Positions 1 through 10,294 of a DNA stretch of 64,000 bases are shown piece after piece (the first letter of the stretch is position 1; the number at the start of each line of letters is the position of its first letter). The DNA is taken from NCBI GenBank assembly GCA_965207375.1, contig OZ242274.1, forward strand, positions 704,001 through 768,000, given 5' to 3'. The DNA comes from Nitrosopumilaceae archaeon (lineage in GTDB: Archaea; Thermoproteota; Nitrososphaeria; Nitrososphaerales; Nitrosopumilaceae). A program made the position numbers and the translations under genes. The notes under the pieces were generated by a model. The model was not told where the DNA came from. It did not search any database and was given only the letters and a program-made list of their open reading frames with translations.

Positions 1-84
1 CACAACTCTACCTAAACTAGTGAAAAGTGTGATAAATTTTATGCTTAAATTTGAGTTACGCTACTAGTTATCAAATCATGAGAA

Positions 85-720
85 CTAGTCCGTGGATATA
101 ATTTTTGGATCAGGTGCTTCATACACACTATTTTTGGCAGTGTCGGATTTTACAAATACGTTAGCTCCGACAAATGTTTTTTCTGCAATCTTTACACGCT
201 GTTTGATGGTGCAGTTCAATCCCAATGTAGCACCAGAATTAATTGTTACCCTGCCTGCCACACAAACACTGGTTGTAATAAAGCAGTGATCATCTATATT
301 TGTATGATGACCTACAATATTTGAGGAAAGCATTATGACATTATTTCCCATGCAAACATGGGGTTCAAAGTTGTTGTTTGCAAGAATAATGCAGTTTTCG
401 CCCATTTTTGTTGTTTTGTGCAATATGCTGGTTGCGTGAATGTAATTTACAAGACAGTACCCTTTGGATTTTACGCGCTCAAATACGTTTTTGCGTTTCT
501 GATTACGTTTGGAAAAACCAATCACGATTAGCATTTTGTAGGTATCTGGAGGATATTTGCTCTGAATTTCTGCAAAATCGACAATCGGCAAGCCATTTAA
601 TTGGTTCTGTGTAGGGTTGTCTTGAGTATATGCTATGATTTCAAATTGCTGGTCCTCTTCAATATAGTCGTGTAATATTTGAGCCAATTGACCGGTTCCA
701 AAAATAATAATTTTTTCCAA
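85..720 (-). CDS. NeuD/PglD-family sugar acetyltransferase (left-handed beta-helix)
   Basis: N-terminal IIIFGTG Rossmann-like motif plus hexapeptide repeats (VGHHTNIDDHCFI, INSGATLG). The ORF is open to 777; TTG at 720 is the more likely start. Confidence 0.85.
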   Translation of the reverse strand: MEKIIIFGTGQLAQILHDYIEEDQQFEIIAYTQDNPTQNQLNGLPIVDFAEIQSKYPPDTYKMLIVIGFSKRNQKRKNVFERVKSKGYCLVNYIHATSILHKTTKMGENCIILANNNFEPHVCMGNNVIMLSSNIVGHHTNIDDHCFITTSVCVAGRVTINSGATLGLNCTIKQRVKIAEKTFVGANVFVKSDTAKNSVYEAPDPKIISTD

Positions 721-791
721 CGTAAATTTTGGTCTGTTCAAATTATAAAAAGTAATCCATAATCTAATCATTTGCATCTAGATTTTTACAA

Positions 792-890
792 TAGACTTCA
801 TGCACAATTGATCAACTTAAAATAAAATTTTCAAATTAAGGCTAAAAATTAAGCATTTTTAATTCAAAATTTGATTATGCATAAGGTCTA
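792..890. repeat. 99-bp MITE-like element (family B, halves A+B) with TAGACYTCATGCA...TGCATAAGRTCTA inverted ends
   Basis: 93/99 identical to 55872-55970; imperfect terminal inverted repeats. Confidence 0.8.
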
Positions 891-949
891 GTATAAGGTG
901 ATATGATTTTAGATTAAGATGTCTATATCTGTCACCTCTTTGATCTGAT

Positions 950-1730
950 CAGCTAAGCGAAATGTGGCCTAAATCCTAGTCTGCGGCGGCTTGGACTGAC
1001 GTATCATCTACATTGTATCTACTGAGAAAAACTCACGATCACACAATACCAGACGAACTCTTATTCCCAAATCAGACAGTGTTTTGAGCAGAAAATTCAC
1101 TGATTTAGGCACGGAATCAAGCATTTTGAGATGCATTGCAGCAAGGACTACTCTCCTAGTATCATCCACACAGTGAACCGTTATGTAACGCCAAGTATGT
1201 CGTGCCGTTTTTGTATTTGGAACGGGTCAGCTCCTCCCCATGTGTCCTGTCATAACGGCATATGAGATGTAGGTCAATTGCAACTGTAATCACCTTCTTT
1301 GGAATCTTTCCTATTTTTTTGAGAATTTCAATCTGTCTTGCTATCTGTGATTGGAAAACGTCTTGTACTGATTCCTGTGTAATCCCTTTGATTGCAGATG
1401 CATACCACCTGTCAGATGGCATATTGCTGTTTTTTTGTTTTACTGCATTTGCACATCCTCCTACGGAGGCATCCATGATAGCAGCCCTCAACATTCTGGT
1501 GTTAAGATCATCGACTCCATATATCGTATTGCCCCTGACTGACCAAGTAGTGCATGCAAGCATGTTTTTGGCACCAGATGCAGCATTTTGATATAATCGT
1601 GGGTTGTTTAATAGTTCACGGCTCTGTTTGGTTTTTTGTCTTGACACTGAAAATTATCGAGCCACCCCTATTGATCTGTTTGCATTTTGGGGTAGATTTT
1701 GGCCTATTTTGCCCACATTTCGCTTAGCTG
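950..1730 (-). mobile_element. Internally deleted ISH3-family IS (defective copy of 47907-49153)
   Basis: TIRs CAGCTAAGCGAAATGTGG/CCACATTTCGCTTAGCTG; 781 bp versus 1247 bp for the intact copy; no TSD visible. Confidence 0.9.
976..1647 (-). pseudogene. ISH3 transposase pseudogene
   Basis: N-terminus nearly identical to 47991..49127; frameshift near 1190 and loss of about 460 bp of the C-terminal region. Confidence 0.88.
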
Positions 1731-1802
1731 ATTCAATTTACGAAAATTGGACAAGGACAATTCTAACAAAGAAATTAATGAAAGTAACAAAATCAGCAAT
1801 TC

Positions 1803-2702
1803 ATGCGTTTTGCAGTTACAGGCGGAGCAGGTTTTATTGGAAGTCATCTCACACATCATCTAGTAAAGCAGGGCCATGATGTAGTTGTAATTGACAATAA
1901 ATTCCGTGGAAGGCTAGAAAATCTGTCTGGTGTTTTAGACAGGATTGAATTTCACACTTTGGATATCTTAGATACTAAGGCACTGAATTCTGCTTTAAAA
2001 GATGCAGATGGTATTTTCCATCAAGCCGCATTAACGTCTGTTTCAGAATCATATACTAAAGAAGACAAGTACAAGCTTGTAAACGTCACTGGAACCGAAA
2101 ATATTTTTAAAATTGCCAAGGAGTTTAATCAAAAGGTTGTTTATGCAAGCAGCTCTAGTGTTTATGGAAATACCGAGAAACTTCCCATAAAAGAGGACAC
2201 TACACGAAACCCAATCAATCCCTACGGGTTGACCAAACTAGAGGATGAAATTTTGGCACAAAAATACTCTCAAAGTGGTTCAGAAATTATCGGACTGAGA
2301 TATTTTAACGTATTTGGAAAGGGTCAGACTCTTGATTATGCGGGAGTCATAACAAAATTCCTTGAACGGATTCAAAGTGCTAATCCACCTATAGTTTTTG
2401 GCGATGGTAGTCAATCTAGGGATTTTATTTTTGTAAAAGACGTTGCACGGGCCAATCTAGCAGCCATGCAGGGCAATGTTTCTGATGGATTCTTCAATAT
2501 TGGAACCGGAAATCTAACTACAATCAAGCAGCTTGCAGAAAAGATGATTTTTCTTTCTGGAAAGAATCTTGAACTGTCTTTTGATAAATTACCTGATGGA
2601 GACGTACGTTCTAGCCAGGCCGATGTGAGTTTGTCTCATGATTTGCTGCATTGGAGGTCTGAAACCAGTCTAGAATCTGGCCTGTCCACATTTTTTACGT
2701 AG
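1803..2702 (+). CDS. NAD-dependent epimerase/dehydratase (GalE/WbpP-like UDP-hexose 4-epimerase)
   Basis: GGAGFIG, ASSSSVYG, YGLTK (YxxxK), LRYFNVFG, RDFIFVKDVA. Confidence 0.9.
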   Translation: MRFAVTGGAGFIGSHLTHHLVKQGHDVVVIDNKFRGRLENLSGVLDRIEFHTLDILDTKALNSALKDADGIFHQAALTSVSESYTKEDKYKLVNVTGTENIFKIAKEFNQKVVYASSSSVYGNTEKLPIKEDTTRNPINPYGLTKLEDEILAQKYSQSGSEIIGLRYFNVFGKGQTLDYAGVITKFLERIQSANPPIVFGDGSQSRDFIFVKDVARANLAAMQGNVSDGFFNIGTGNLTTIKQLAEKMIFLSGKNLELSFDKLPDGDVRSSQADVSLSHDLLHWRSETSLESGLSTFFT

Positions 2703-3645
2703 ACTTTACAAGATCTTCATAAAATTTCATATATTCTGGCAATAATGACTCCCATGTGAAATTTTTTGTAACAAATTCATATCCGTTTTGTGCTAATCTT
2801 TGCAGATTTTTGTCATTTAATGCGCCATTTATTGCGTTTAGCAATTCTTCTGAATCATCAGGCTCGACTAAAATCCCATTTTTATTATTTGATATTAATT
2901 CGGGTATGCCTCCAACCGTTGTTGCAACTATTGGCACTTTTAGATAAAATGCTTCTTTAATTACGTGTGGACTGCTTTCGGCTCTTGAAGGAACAACCAT
3001 CAATTGAGATTCCTTTAATTTGATCATTGCATCTCTCCAGGACATATCTGTACAGTATATTACATCAGCATTTATTCTGGATTCAATTTTTTTTAAGATG
3101 TCTATGCCTTTTTCATAACTGTTCCTGCCTACATATACGACCTGTCTGTCTTTTTTTTCAACATCTGGAATATCTTTGAATTTTTCTGGATCTAGGGGCG
3201 TATAAAGACATTCAAATTCAACTCCAAGCTTTTCTTTGTATTGTTTTTGTACAGCTTTTGAATCCGTACTTAGTTTATCTGCATATTTTAGCGCTTTAAT
3301 TTCAACGCTCTTTGATACAGATCCGGCAGTTTTTGAATACATCATACCTATTTGTTCTGAATATACGCCGTAAAGTGACAAAATTTTCTTTTCAGCCTTG
3401 CAGTATTTCATTACAAATGCTGAAGGAACGTTAAATGCATGGACTACATCAAATCTTTCAGTTAGAAATATCGCCTTTATAATACCAAAAAAAACGAAAC
3501 TTAGATTTTTGAGTTTTTTAATTGGTATGTGCGGAACATGCATTAATTTTACATCAAATCCATGCTCTCTTAGCTTGTCTGCCACTCTTTGTGCATGGGC
3601 TCCTGTGCCTCCCTTGTATGTGGAGGCAATAAATAAAATTTTCAT
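2695..3645 (-). CDS. Glycosyltransferase family 4
   Basis: GGTG near the N-terminus, YVGR..EKG, PSRAESSPHVIKEA, VGGIPELI. Confidence 0.9.
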   Translation of the reverse strand: MKILFIASTYKGGTGAHAQRVADKLREHGFDVKLMHVPHIPIKKLKNLSFVFFGIIKAIFLTERFDVVHAFNVPSAFVMKYCKAEKKILSLYGVYSEQIGMMYSKTAGSVSKSVEIKALKYADKLSTDSKAVQKQYKEKLGVEFECLYTPLDPEKFKDIPDVEKKDRQVVYVGRNSYEKGIDILKKIESRINADVIYCTDMSWRDAMIKLKESQLMVVPSRAESSPHVIKEAFYLKVPIVATTVGGIPELISNNKNGILVEPDDSEELLNAINGALNDKNLQRLAQNGYEFVTKNFTWESLLPEYMKFYEDLVKST

Positions 3646-3769
3646 TTTCTAATTTTAATTATATGTATATGATAAATCTTGTCTATGAGAGAATTGTGTT
3701 GTGTAACAATGCTAATCTAAATATGGAATATTCTATATAGTGTGATATTGTCGTAAATTGTGAGAAAAG

Positions 3770-4756
3770 ATGAGGTTTCTGATAATAGGTTTAGGTTCAA
3801 TGGGAAAGCGCAGAATACGAAATTTAATTTCTCTTGGATATCATAATATCGCCGGATATGATATAAAGAGAGAAAGAATGTTAGAGGCTAAAAAAAAATA
3901 CAGCATTGACATTTTAGAGAAAAATAATTTGTACAAAGAAAAAACTGATCTGGTCATAATTTCATCTTCCCCTGACTCACATTTGGAATATGTAAAGCAA
4001 GCATCTAAAAGACAAATTCCATTTTTCGTAGAAGTAAACACAAGCGTTTCAGATATTCAAAGTATAATTAAATTGCAAAAAAAATACCGTGTTTTGGCAA
4101 TTTCTAGCATGACAATGAAGTTTCATCCGGCAATTATCAAAATAAAAAAAATTATAGAATCTAAAAAGATGGGTAAATTTTGTTTTTTAACATATCATTC
4201 TGGAGAGAATCTAGAAGATTGGCATCCTTGGGAGCAAGTCGGCGACTATTATGTTGGAGATATTAAAACAGGCGGGGGAAGAGATCAGGCAGTTTTTGAG
4301 CTTGAATGGATATTTTGGCTTTTTGGCCTACCTAAAGAAATAACTGCAAACACTAAAAAATTATCGAAAATACCTGCAAAAATTTTTGATACATACCAAA
4401 TGAGCTTATCTTTAAGAGATATTCCAATGGCACAAATTATCGTAGACGTAATTCAACGACCTGCAAATAGAATTTTACGTATAGTCTGTGAAAATGGACT
4501 CATCACATGGGATTGGATTGATGGAAGTGTAAGAACATTTAATTCTAAAACAAATTATTGGCAGGAAATTTTTTATGGCGATGGATACAAAGGATTCAGC
4601 GTAGAACAAATGTATCAAGATGAAATTAAAAATGTAATAAAATCTGTTAAAGAAAATAAAAATCATGTCTCAAGTTTTGAATTAGAACTAGCTGCTGCAC
4701 AATCAGTCATTTCTGCTGAGAAAAGCAGTATACAAAAGAGGACTATAAAGATTTAA
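3770..4756 (+). CDS. Gfo/Idh/MocA family oxidoreductase
   Basis: IIGLGSMGKRR, SSPDSH, WHPWE..Y motif shared with the two paralogs in this window. Confidence 0.88.
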   Translation: MRFLIIGLGSMGKRRIRNLISLGYHNIAGYDIKRERMLEAKKKYSIDILEKNNLYKEKTDLVIISSSPDSHLEYVKQASKRQIPFFVEVNTSVSDIQSIIKLQKKYRVLAISSMTMKFHPAIIKIKKIIESKKMGKFCFLTYHSGENLEDWHPWEQVGDYYVGDIKTGGGRDQAVFELEWIFWLFGLPKEITANTKKLSKIPAKIFDTYQMSLSLRDIPMAQIIVDVIQRPANRILRIVCENGLITWDWIDGSVRTFNSKTNYWQEIFYGDGYKGFSVEQMYQDEIKNVIKSVKENKNHVSSFELELAAAQSVISAEKSSIQKRTIKI

Positions 4757-5795
4757 CATCTGTCTTTTTTAATGCATAACGGGATCTTAATGTTTTTTGA
4801 GCTTTTTTATTTATAATTTTTTCAAAATAAGATGCAGACAAACCAATACATGGTCTCAAACAAGCAATGTTTTCAAGGGTGAATCTCTCACCTTTTTTGA
4901 TCTCTTTTGTTGTGAAAATTGAACGTCTTTGGATTATTCGTGTATCTATTTCTGATTTTTCAACTTTTTTAGTGCCTGTTCCCAATGCAGTTTTGATTTG
5001 TTTGATTTGTTCAACCATCTCCTTGAATTCAGAAGGATTTAGGGAATGAGGATGATCGGGTCCGGAATTTTTTTTATCATCGGTAAAATGTTTTTCAATT
5101 ATACATGCTCCCAAGGCCACACTTGTCAATGGAACCACTATTCCTGCAGTATGATCTGAATATCCATAATTGAGTTTAAATTGATCTCCCATTTTTATCA
5201 TGGCTTTTACATTTGAATCCTCTAAAGGGGAGGGATATTGAGTTACAGACTGCATCAGAATTATTTTGTTATTATTTGTAGATTTGATTGCATTAATTGC
5301 CTGCTTGATTTCTTGAATCGAACTTGCACCGGTTGGCAGCAAAATGGGTTTATTTTTCCTTGCAATATATTTTAGAAATTGAAGATATGTGATATCACCA
5401 GAACCTATCTTAAATGCAGGAATTCCTATTGAATCTAGTAAATCAACGGCTTCATAATCATATGGAGTAGACATGAAATCGATTTTTCTTTTTTTAGCAT
5501 ATTTTGCAAGTTTTTCATGCCAATCCCTTGGAAATTCAGCATCACGGTAAACCTGCCACACCGGTTTTTTCCATTTTGATTGAAATGAGCGCGATTTTTC
5601 AAATCCTTTTTCAGATAATAGTTTGTCAGTTAAAAAACTCTGAAATTTGGCACAGTCTGCACCAGAATCTTTGGCAAGATCAACAAGTTTTTTTGCCTTT
5701 TCAAAACTACCATCAAAGTTTGAGCCTATTTCAGCAATTATGTATGTGGGTTTATCTGGTCCAAGAATTTTACTTCCTATTTTAATTTGCTTCAA
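4743..5795 (-). CDS. neuB: N-acetylneuraminate (nonulosonate) synthase family, NeuB/PseI with SAF domain
   Basis: IIAEIGSNFDG, AKFQ, FKIGSGD, GYSDHT, IEKHFT, GPDH, RRSIF...LRPCIG. Confidence 0.93.
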   Translation of the reverse strand: MKQIKIGSKILGPDKPTYIIAEIGSNFDGSFEKAKKLVDLAKDSGADCAKFQSFLTDKLLSEKGFEKSRSFQSKWKKPVWQVYRDAEFPRDWHEKLAKYAKKRKIDFMSTPYDYEAVDLLDSIGIPAFKIGSGDITYLQFLKYIARKNKPILLPTGASSIQEIKQAINAIKSTNNNKIILMQSVTQYPSPLEDSNVKAMIKMGDQFKLNYGYSDHTAGIVVPLTSVALGACIIEKHFTDDKKNSGPDHPHSLNPSEFKEMVEQIKQIKTALGTGTKKVEKSEIDTRIIQRRSIFTTKEIKKGERFTLENIACLRPCIGLSASYFEKIINKKAQKTLRSRYALKKTDVKSL

Positions 5796-5815
5796 CTATG
5801 AAATATAAAATATTG

Positions 5816-6694
5816 TTAATTATTTAGGTATCTATTCAAGGATGATTGATTTTCTTTTACCCATTCCATATATCCAGGAATTTTTGTTTTTATGAAAAAT
5901 TTTGATTTGGCATTATTCAATGAGGTATTTTTAGGCCTCTTAACGCCAGGTTTCTGATCATCTATGCTTCCTTTTCTTAAAGGATTTTTTAATTTGAAAT
6001 AATCCAAGATGTTTTTTATAAAATCATATTTGGATATTGGAAAATTCTGCGACAGATGCAATATACCAGAATATTGTATTTCCAAAGATTCTACAATCAT
6101 TTTACTTAGAGTAGATGCATCTAAAGGAGAAAATATTACATCAGAGAACCCTGTAAAGCCTTTTCCCTGTTTAATATTTTCAAAGATCCAATTTAGAAAA
6201 TATTTTCTTGTTGGATATAATCCATAAAAATTGGTCCGTATAATGATGTAGTCATTACATATTTGTGCAACATTTTTTTCACCATCAAATTTTGATTGTG
6301 CATAAGCGTTTTGTGGATTTGGCTTGTCAGATTCATCATAGTTTCCTCTAATGCCATCAAAAACTGAATCAGTGGAAATGTGAATTAGTCTTGTTTTATT
6401 TTCATTACATATTTGTGCAACATTTTTTGCACCAATTGAATTGACATCAAAGGCTTCTTTAGGATGAGTTTCTAAAAAATCAATATCCCCTCTGGCTGCA
6501 CAATTGATTGCAAAATCAGGATTTATTTTCTTTACTACTTTTTCTACTGAATCAATATCGCAAATATTCAAGCAGGAACTATCAGGTGAGGTATTTTTAT
6601 AATATGTTCCAAATATTTCAAAATCGTTCATGACTGCCTGCTTTTTAATATAATGACCCAAAGAACCCTGTCCAATCAAAAGGATTTTTTTCAT
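5816..6694 (-). CDS. RmlD-like NDP-4-keto-6-deoxyhexose reductase
   Basis: INCAA, HISTDSVFDG, YAQSK, IIRTN, RPKNTSL. Confidence 0.85.
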   Translation of the reverse strand: MKKILLIGQGSLGHYIKKQAVMNDFEIFGTYYKNTSPDSSCLNICDIDSVEKVVKKINPDFAINCAARGDIDFLETHPKEAFDVNSIGAKNVAQICNENKTRLIHISTDSVFDGIRGNYDESDKPNPQNAYAQSKFDGEKNVAQICNDYIIIRTNFYGLYPTRKYFLNWIFENIKQGKGFTGFSDVIFSPLDASTLSKMIVESLEIQYSGILHLSQNFPISKYDFIKNILDYFKLKNPLRKGSIDDQKPGVKRPKNTSLNNAKSKFFIKTKIPGYMEWVKENQSSLNRYLNN

Positions 6695-6712
6695 GAGTTG
6701 TGTTAGACTAAA

Positions 6713-7720
6713 TTATATGTAATTCTTTAGAACAGATTTTAATTCCTCAATGGACATTTTTGGAGCAGTGTCAGAGGAATAATCACCTTCAAAGCAAACA
6801 TCAGGATATTGTTCATAGGACTTTATTGCTTGCGCGTTTGCAGTATTTGATTCGGCAAGTGTTTGTGGATGCAAAATAGCATAACTATCTCCGAGATCTT
6901 TTGTGAGCTTTATCTCATATTTGTTTATCAATAATTCATGCAATTTTTCTCCGGGTCTTGCATTAATTATCTCATGCTGACCTTTACCCAGCAGGTCTTC
7001 TAGTGCATTGACCAAATCCATGATATTATAGGATTTTAATTTCGGAACGAAAACTTCAGAACGAACAGATCTCAGAGTACTCTTTAAAATAAAATCAATT
7101 GCCTGATCCATAGTTATTGTGAATCTAGTCATCTTACGATCAGTAATGGTGATTTTTTCTTGATTTTTAATTTGATTAATGAATAATGGTATTACAGAAC
7201 CACTGCTTGCTACAACATTTCCGTATCGTAATGCAAGAAAACGTGTTTTGTACTTTTCTGTACTGTATTCATTAACTGCATTAATGAACAATTTTTCCAT
7301 AAGGAGTTTTGTAGCGCCATAAGTATTCAGTGGAGATACTGCTTTATCTGTTCCAACTCCTACTACTTTTTCAACATGGTTTTTGGCACATGCGACAATA
7401 AGATTTTCTGAACCCAATATGTTGGTTTTTATGGATTCACTAGGATTATTCTCTATTAGCGGTACATGTTTTAATGCTGCTGCATGAAAAACAACATTTA
7501 CACCTTCAACAGCTCGCATTAATCGCATTTGATCTCTGATATCTCCAATCAAAAATCTCAGCCTTGGATCATCGAATTTGGATTGCATTTCTACCTGTTT
7601 GCTCTCATTTCTACTAAAAATTCTCAGAGTTTTGATATCAAACTCTAGCAATTTTTTTGTCAGAGCTTGCCCTAATGAACCAGTACCGCCAGTTATTAGA
7701 ATATTTTTATCTTCAAACAA
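6713..7720 (-). CDS. UDP-GlcNAc 4,6-dehydratase (PseB/FnlA/CapD-like polysaccharide biosynthesis protein)
   Basis: GGTGSLG, FHAAALKHVP, TDKAVSP, YGATK, RYGNV, MTRF, RPGEKLHE. Confidence 0.92.
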   Translation of the reverse strand: MFEDKNILITGGTGSLGQALTKKLLEFDIKTLRIFSRNESKQVEMQSKFDDPRLRFLIGDIRDQMRLMRAVEGVNVVFHAAALKHVPLIENNPSESIKTNILGSENLIVACAKNHVEKVVGVGTDKAVSPLNTYGATKLLMEKLFINAVNEYSTEKYKTRFLALRYGNVVASSGSVIPLFINQIKNQEKITITDRKMTRFTITMDQAIDFILKSTLRSVRSEVFVPKLKSYNIMDLVNALEDLLGKGQHEIINARPGEKLHELLINKYEIKLTKDLGDSYAILHPQTLAESNTANAQAIKSYEQYPDVCFEGDYSSDTAPKMSIEELKSVLKNYI

Positions 7721-7905
7721 ACCTATGCCGATGTCTTTTCAATAGTAATTATTCGTTTCTTGCAGAACAGTCAATTTACAGGCAGATCAAATGAGGAGAA
7801 ATACGGTAACACTTTGACTTTCTAAAGTTGCGTGCATAAAAATACCAAATCTCTGATTTTCACATTTGATTCAGGCATGGCACTTTGTCAAATAGATCAA
7901 TTACT

Positions 7906-8004
7906 CAGCTAAACAAAATGTGGATAAAACAGGCCAAAATATACCCCAAAATGTAGCGAATAATATTGGCGGGGTAAGAATTTGGTTCACATTTCGCTTA
8001 GCTG
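7906..8004 (+). mobile_element. ISH3-derived MITE (family A), 99 bp
   Basis: Ends CAGCTAAACAAAATGTGG...CACATTTCGCTTAGCTG; body matches the IS left end; no TSD retained. Confidence 0.8.
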
Positions 8005-8259
8005 GCTTTATCCCATTCTCATCCCAGTTATAGTGTCAATGAATTCAGACAGGCAATACTTTGCACATTTTGATACATCCATGGCGCTGTTTAGATGATA
8101 TCATGCTAAAATTAGGCACGAATTACGAACCCCCCCTGTTTTAGCGTATTTTGGCAGAACTACATGCTTGGCCAAAGCCTTTGAAAATAACGAAATCAGC
8201 GCAAGGGCACGATTCAAAATTTTCAGAATCAAAAACAAAAAGCGTTGTTGCTAGTTGTA

Positions 8260-8559
8260 TTATGTAAGTGGACTTTTACATCTTCTATAATTACTGAGTA
8301 TGTGTTGTACTGCTCTCACTGTAACATGTAAGTATTCTTTCTCTTCTTGACTTTTCGCTGCCAGATCTTTTGTGATCTCATCAAGACGTGTATTGGTATA
8401 TTTAAGGTCCTTAATGGTATTTTTAAATATCTCATCATAACTAGCACTATAACTACCATCATAAACTTCTGCTTTTACTGCCTTTAGATACTCTTTGTAT
8501 TTTTTCCTTTTTTCATCACGTTTATCATCAATATCCATGCAGTGACTATCAATATCCAT
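8260..8559 (-). CDS. Hypothetical protein (probable mobile-element gene)
   Basis: 99-aa charged helical ORF with no recognised motif; lies within the primase/ori relic. Confidence 0.45.
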   Translation of the reverse strand: MDIDSHCMDIDDKRDEKRKKYKEYLKAVKAEVYDGSYSASYDEIFKNTIKDLKYTNTRLDEITKDLAAKSQEEKEYLHVTVRAVQHILSNYRRCKSPLT

Positions 8560-8568
8560 GCAGTGACT
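8527..8568. repeat. Perfect 21-bp tandem duplication ATCAATATCCATGCAGTGACT x2
   Basis: Read directly from the sequence. Confidence 0.9.
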
Positions 8569-8692
8569 ACCCGATAACCATTATTTACATGATCGGCTCG
8601 ATCTAATAGGAAATATCAGTGAAAATACAGTGAAATGATCGTGAAATGTTAGTGATTAGCTTACATTGACTATGCCTAAGCTTACATCTTTT

Positions 8693-10187
8693 GTACTTGT
8701 TCACCTATTTTTGAGCACTTTTGGCCCTAAATGTACCGAACCAGCTCTGCTAGATAATCCTGTCCCAGATTCTTCCAGGTAGTAACACACGTATACAGAT
8801 TGCCTCTACGCTCCATACTTTTTTCAGATCTGAGACATCCACGTATTCTCCTGCACACAACATACTCACGCAGGCTCTGCTCTGCAAGATTGCTTGTAGA
8901 TGGTATACGAGGGTCTATGACAAACCGGAACATGTCAGGTATGGCCCGTGACAGTTTTGCTACAAATTTACCCACAATTTCATCATTGGCATACCTTTTG
9001 ACAAGGTTACGTGTTCTTTTTTCCAATTGTACAGCATATGATTCTCTGTAATCAGGTGGTTTGTCTAGGACATGTTTGCCGTCATGGTATATCTTTTGTA
9101 GGCATTGCAGTGTATTTTTTGCAATTTTAGAATCTGGATTCTTTTGTGATATTGTTTTGATTTCACGTATTAGGTGCGCGTTACATCTCTGGATGATATA
9201 TCTGCGGTATGGAGGCCATCCGTCACAGGTTATGATTATATCTTGTGAGTCACCTATTATTTCCTTGAGTACGTTTGCTCCCCTGCTGGGATTAATTATA
9301 TAGAAATTCTCACTTGTAATTGGATTATGAAACGTCCACAACCATATAGTCTTTCCATGCAGTCGCTCTGATGTCTCATCTGCTATCAGAATCTCGGCTT
9401 CCTGTATCTTTTCTTTTATCTCATTTGCAGGCACAAATAACGCATCAGAGACTGTATCTATGATGTTTTGAATACCTCCTTCAGATATTTCGATTCCACG
9501 TCTTTTCATGGCCTCCTTGTTCATACGTACCGGCATGCGATGTATGTGGTTATCCATTATCTCCTTTATCACTTCATTTCCAAACTGACCTTTTTTTGGA
9601 ATGTCAACCTTTGGTGTAATGTCAGTAGCTCCACAGCAGTTGCAATGATACCCATGAATCTTGTGCTTGCAAGTACGTGGAGGAGGAGTTTTTACAATAT
9701 CAGTTATTATCCTGATTTTGGTGTCTGTATGGTGTATGTCTTGAGAACCACACTTGGTACACGTGTCTAATTTGTGCTCTTTTTCTTCATCTACTTTGAC
9801 CTTGCGGGTTACACCTGTGCGACCAGGTTGTCCTCCCTGTTTTTTTCCAGTAGATTTTTTGTTCTCTGCACGTATTTTGCGGTCCTGCTTGCGTGTAATG
9901 GAATCCTTAGATGGAGGAGTATTGGAATTGTCATGATAGTTGTCACGTTTGGTAAGCTCTTGAATTTTTTTATCTTTTTGTAGTAGGAGGTCATCTTTTT
10001 GTAATATGATTTTTTGTAAACTTGATACTAGAGATTCAAGAAGAAGGACTTTTCGGTGTTCCTTTTTGTATGCACTTTTCCAGTTGATGGTACTCATTAT
10101 ACAACTTGTGAGTCAGAATGATTTAGATCTGATGGTGATCAAAATTTGAACAAATGGTGAAATTTTAGGCACAACGTGAACAAGTAC
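8693..10187 (-). mobile_element. IS66-family element (single-ORF, ISBst12-like), 1495 bp
   Basis: TIRs GTACTTGTTCAC/GTGAACAAGTAC; 8-bp TSD CATCTTTT at 8685-8692 and 10188-10195. Confidence 0.95.
8727..10097 (-). CDS. IS66 family transposase
   Basis: NSNTPPSKD, GGQPG, CxxC zinc finger, ADET, CDGW, QRCNAHLIR, TSNLAEQSLR. Confidence 0.95.
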   Translation of the reverse strand: MSTINWKSAYKKEHRKVLLLESLVSSLQKIILQKDDLLLQKDKKIQELTKRDNYHDNSNTPPSKDSITRKQDRKIRAENKKSTGKKQGGQPGRTGVTRKVKVDEEKEHKLDTCTKCGSQDIHHTDTKIRIITDIVKTPPPRTCKHKIHGYHCNCCGATDITPKVDIPKKGQFGNEVIKEIMDNHIHRMPVRMNKEAMKRRGIEISEGGIQNIIDTVSDALFVPANEIKEKIQEAEILIADETSERLHGKTIWLWTFHNPITSENFYIINPSRGANVLKEIIGDSQDIIITCDGWPPYRRYIIQRCNAHLIREIKTISQKNPDSKIAKNTLQCLQKIYHDGKHVLDKPPDYRESYAVQLEKRTRNLVKRYANDEIVGKFVAKLSRAIPDMFRFVIDPRIPSTSNLAEQSLREYVVCRRIRGCLRSEKSMERRGNLYTCVTTWKNLGQDYLAELVRYI

Positions 10188-10294
10188 CATCTTTTCTTTA
10201 TATTATTATACAGTTTTTCTAAAATATATATAATAATCTAGCCAAAAGCTGTAAGCTCAGGTGTGATCCATGTAGCTCAGGTGTGACCATATAA

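Noticed and set aside
1262-1591. 109-aa ORF, and its twin at 48047..48376, conserved in both IS copies
   Set aside because: Antisense shadow of the transposase; conservation is explained by IS identity.
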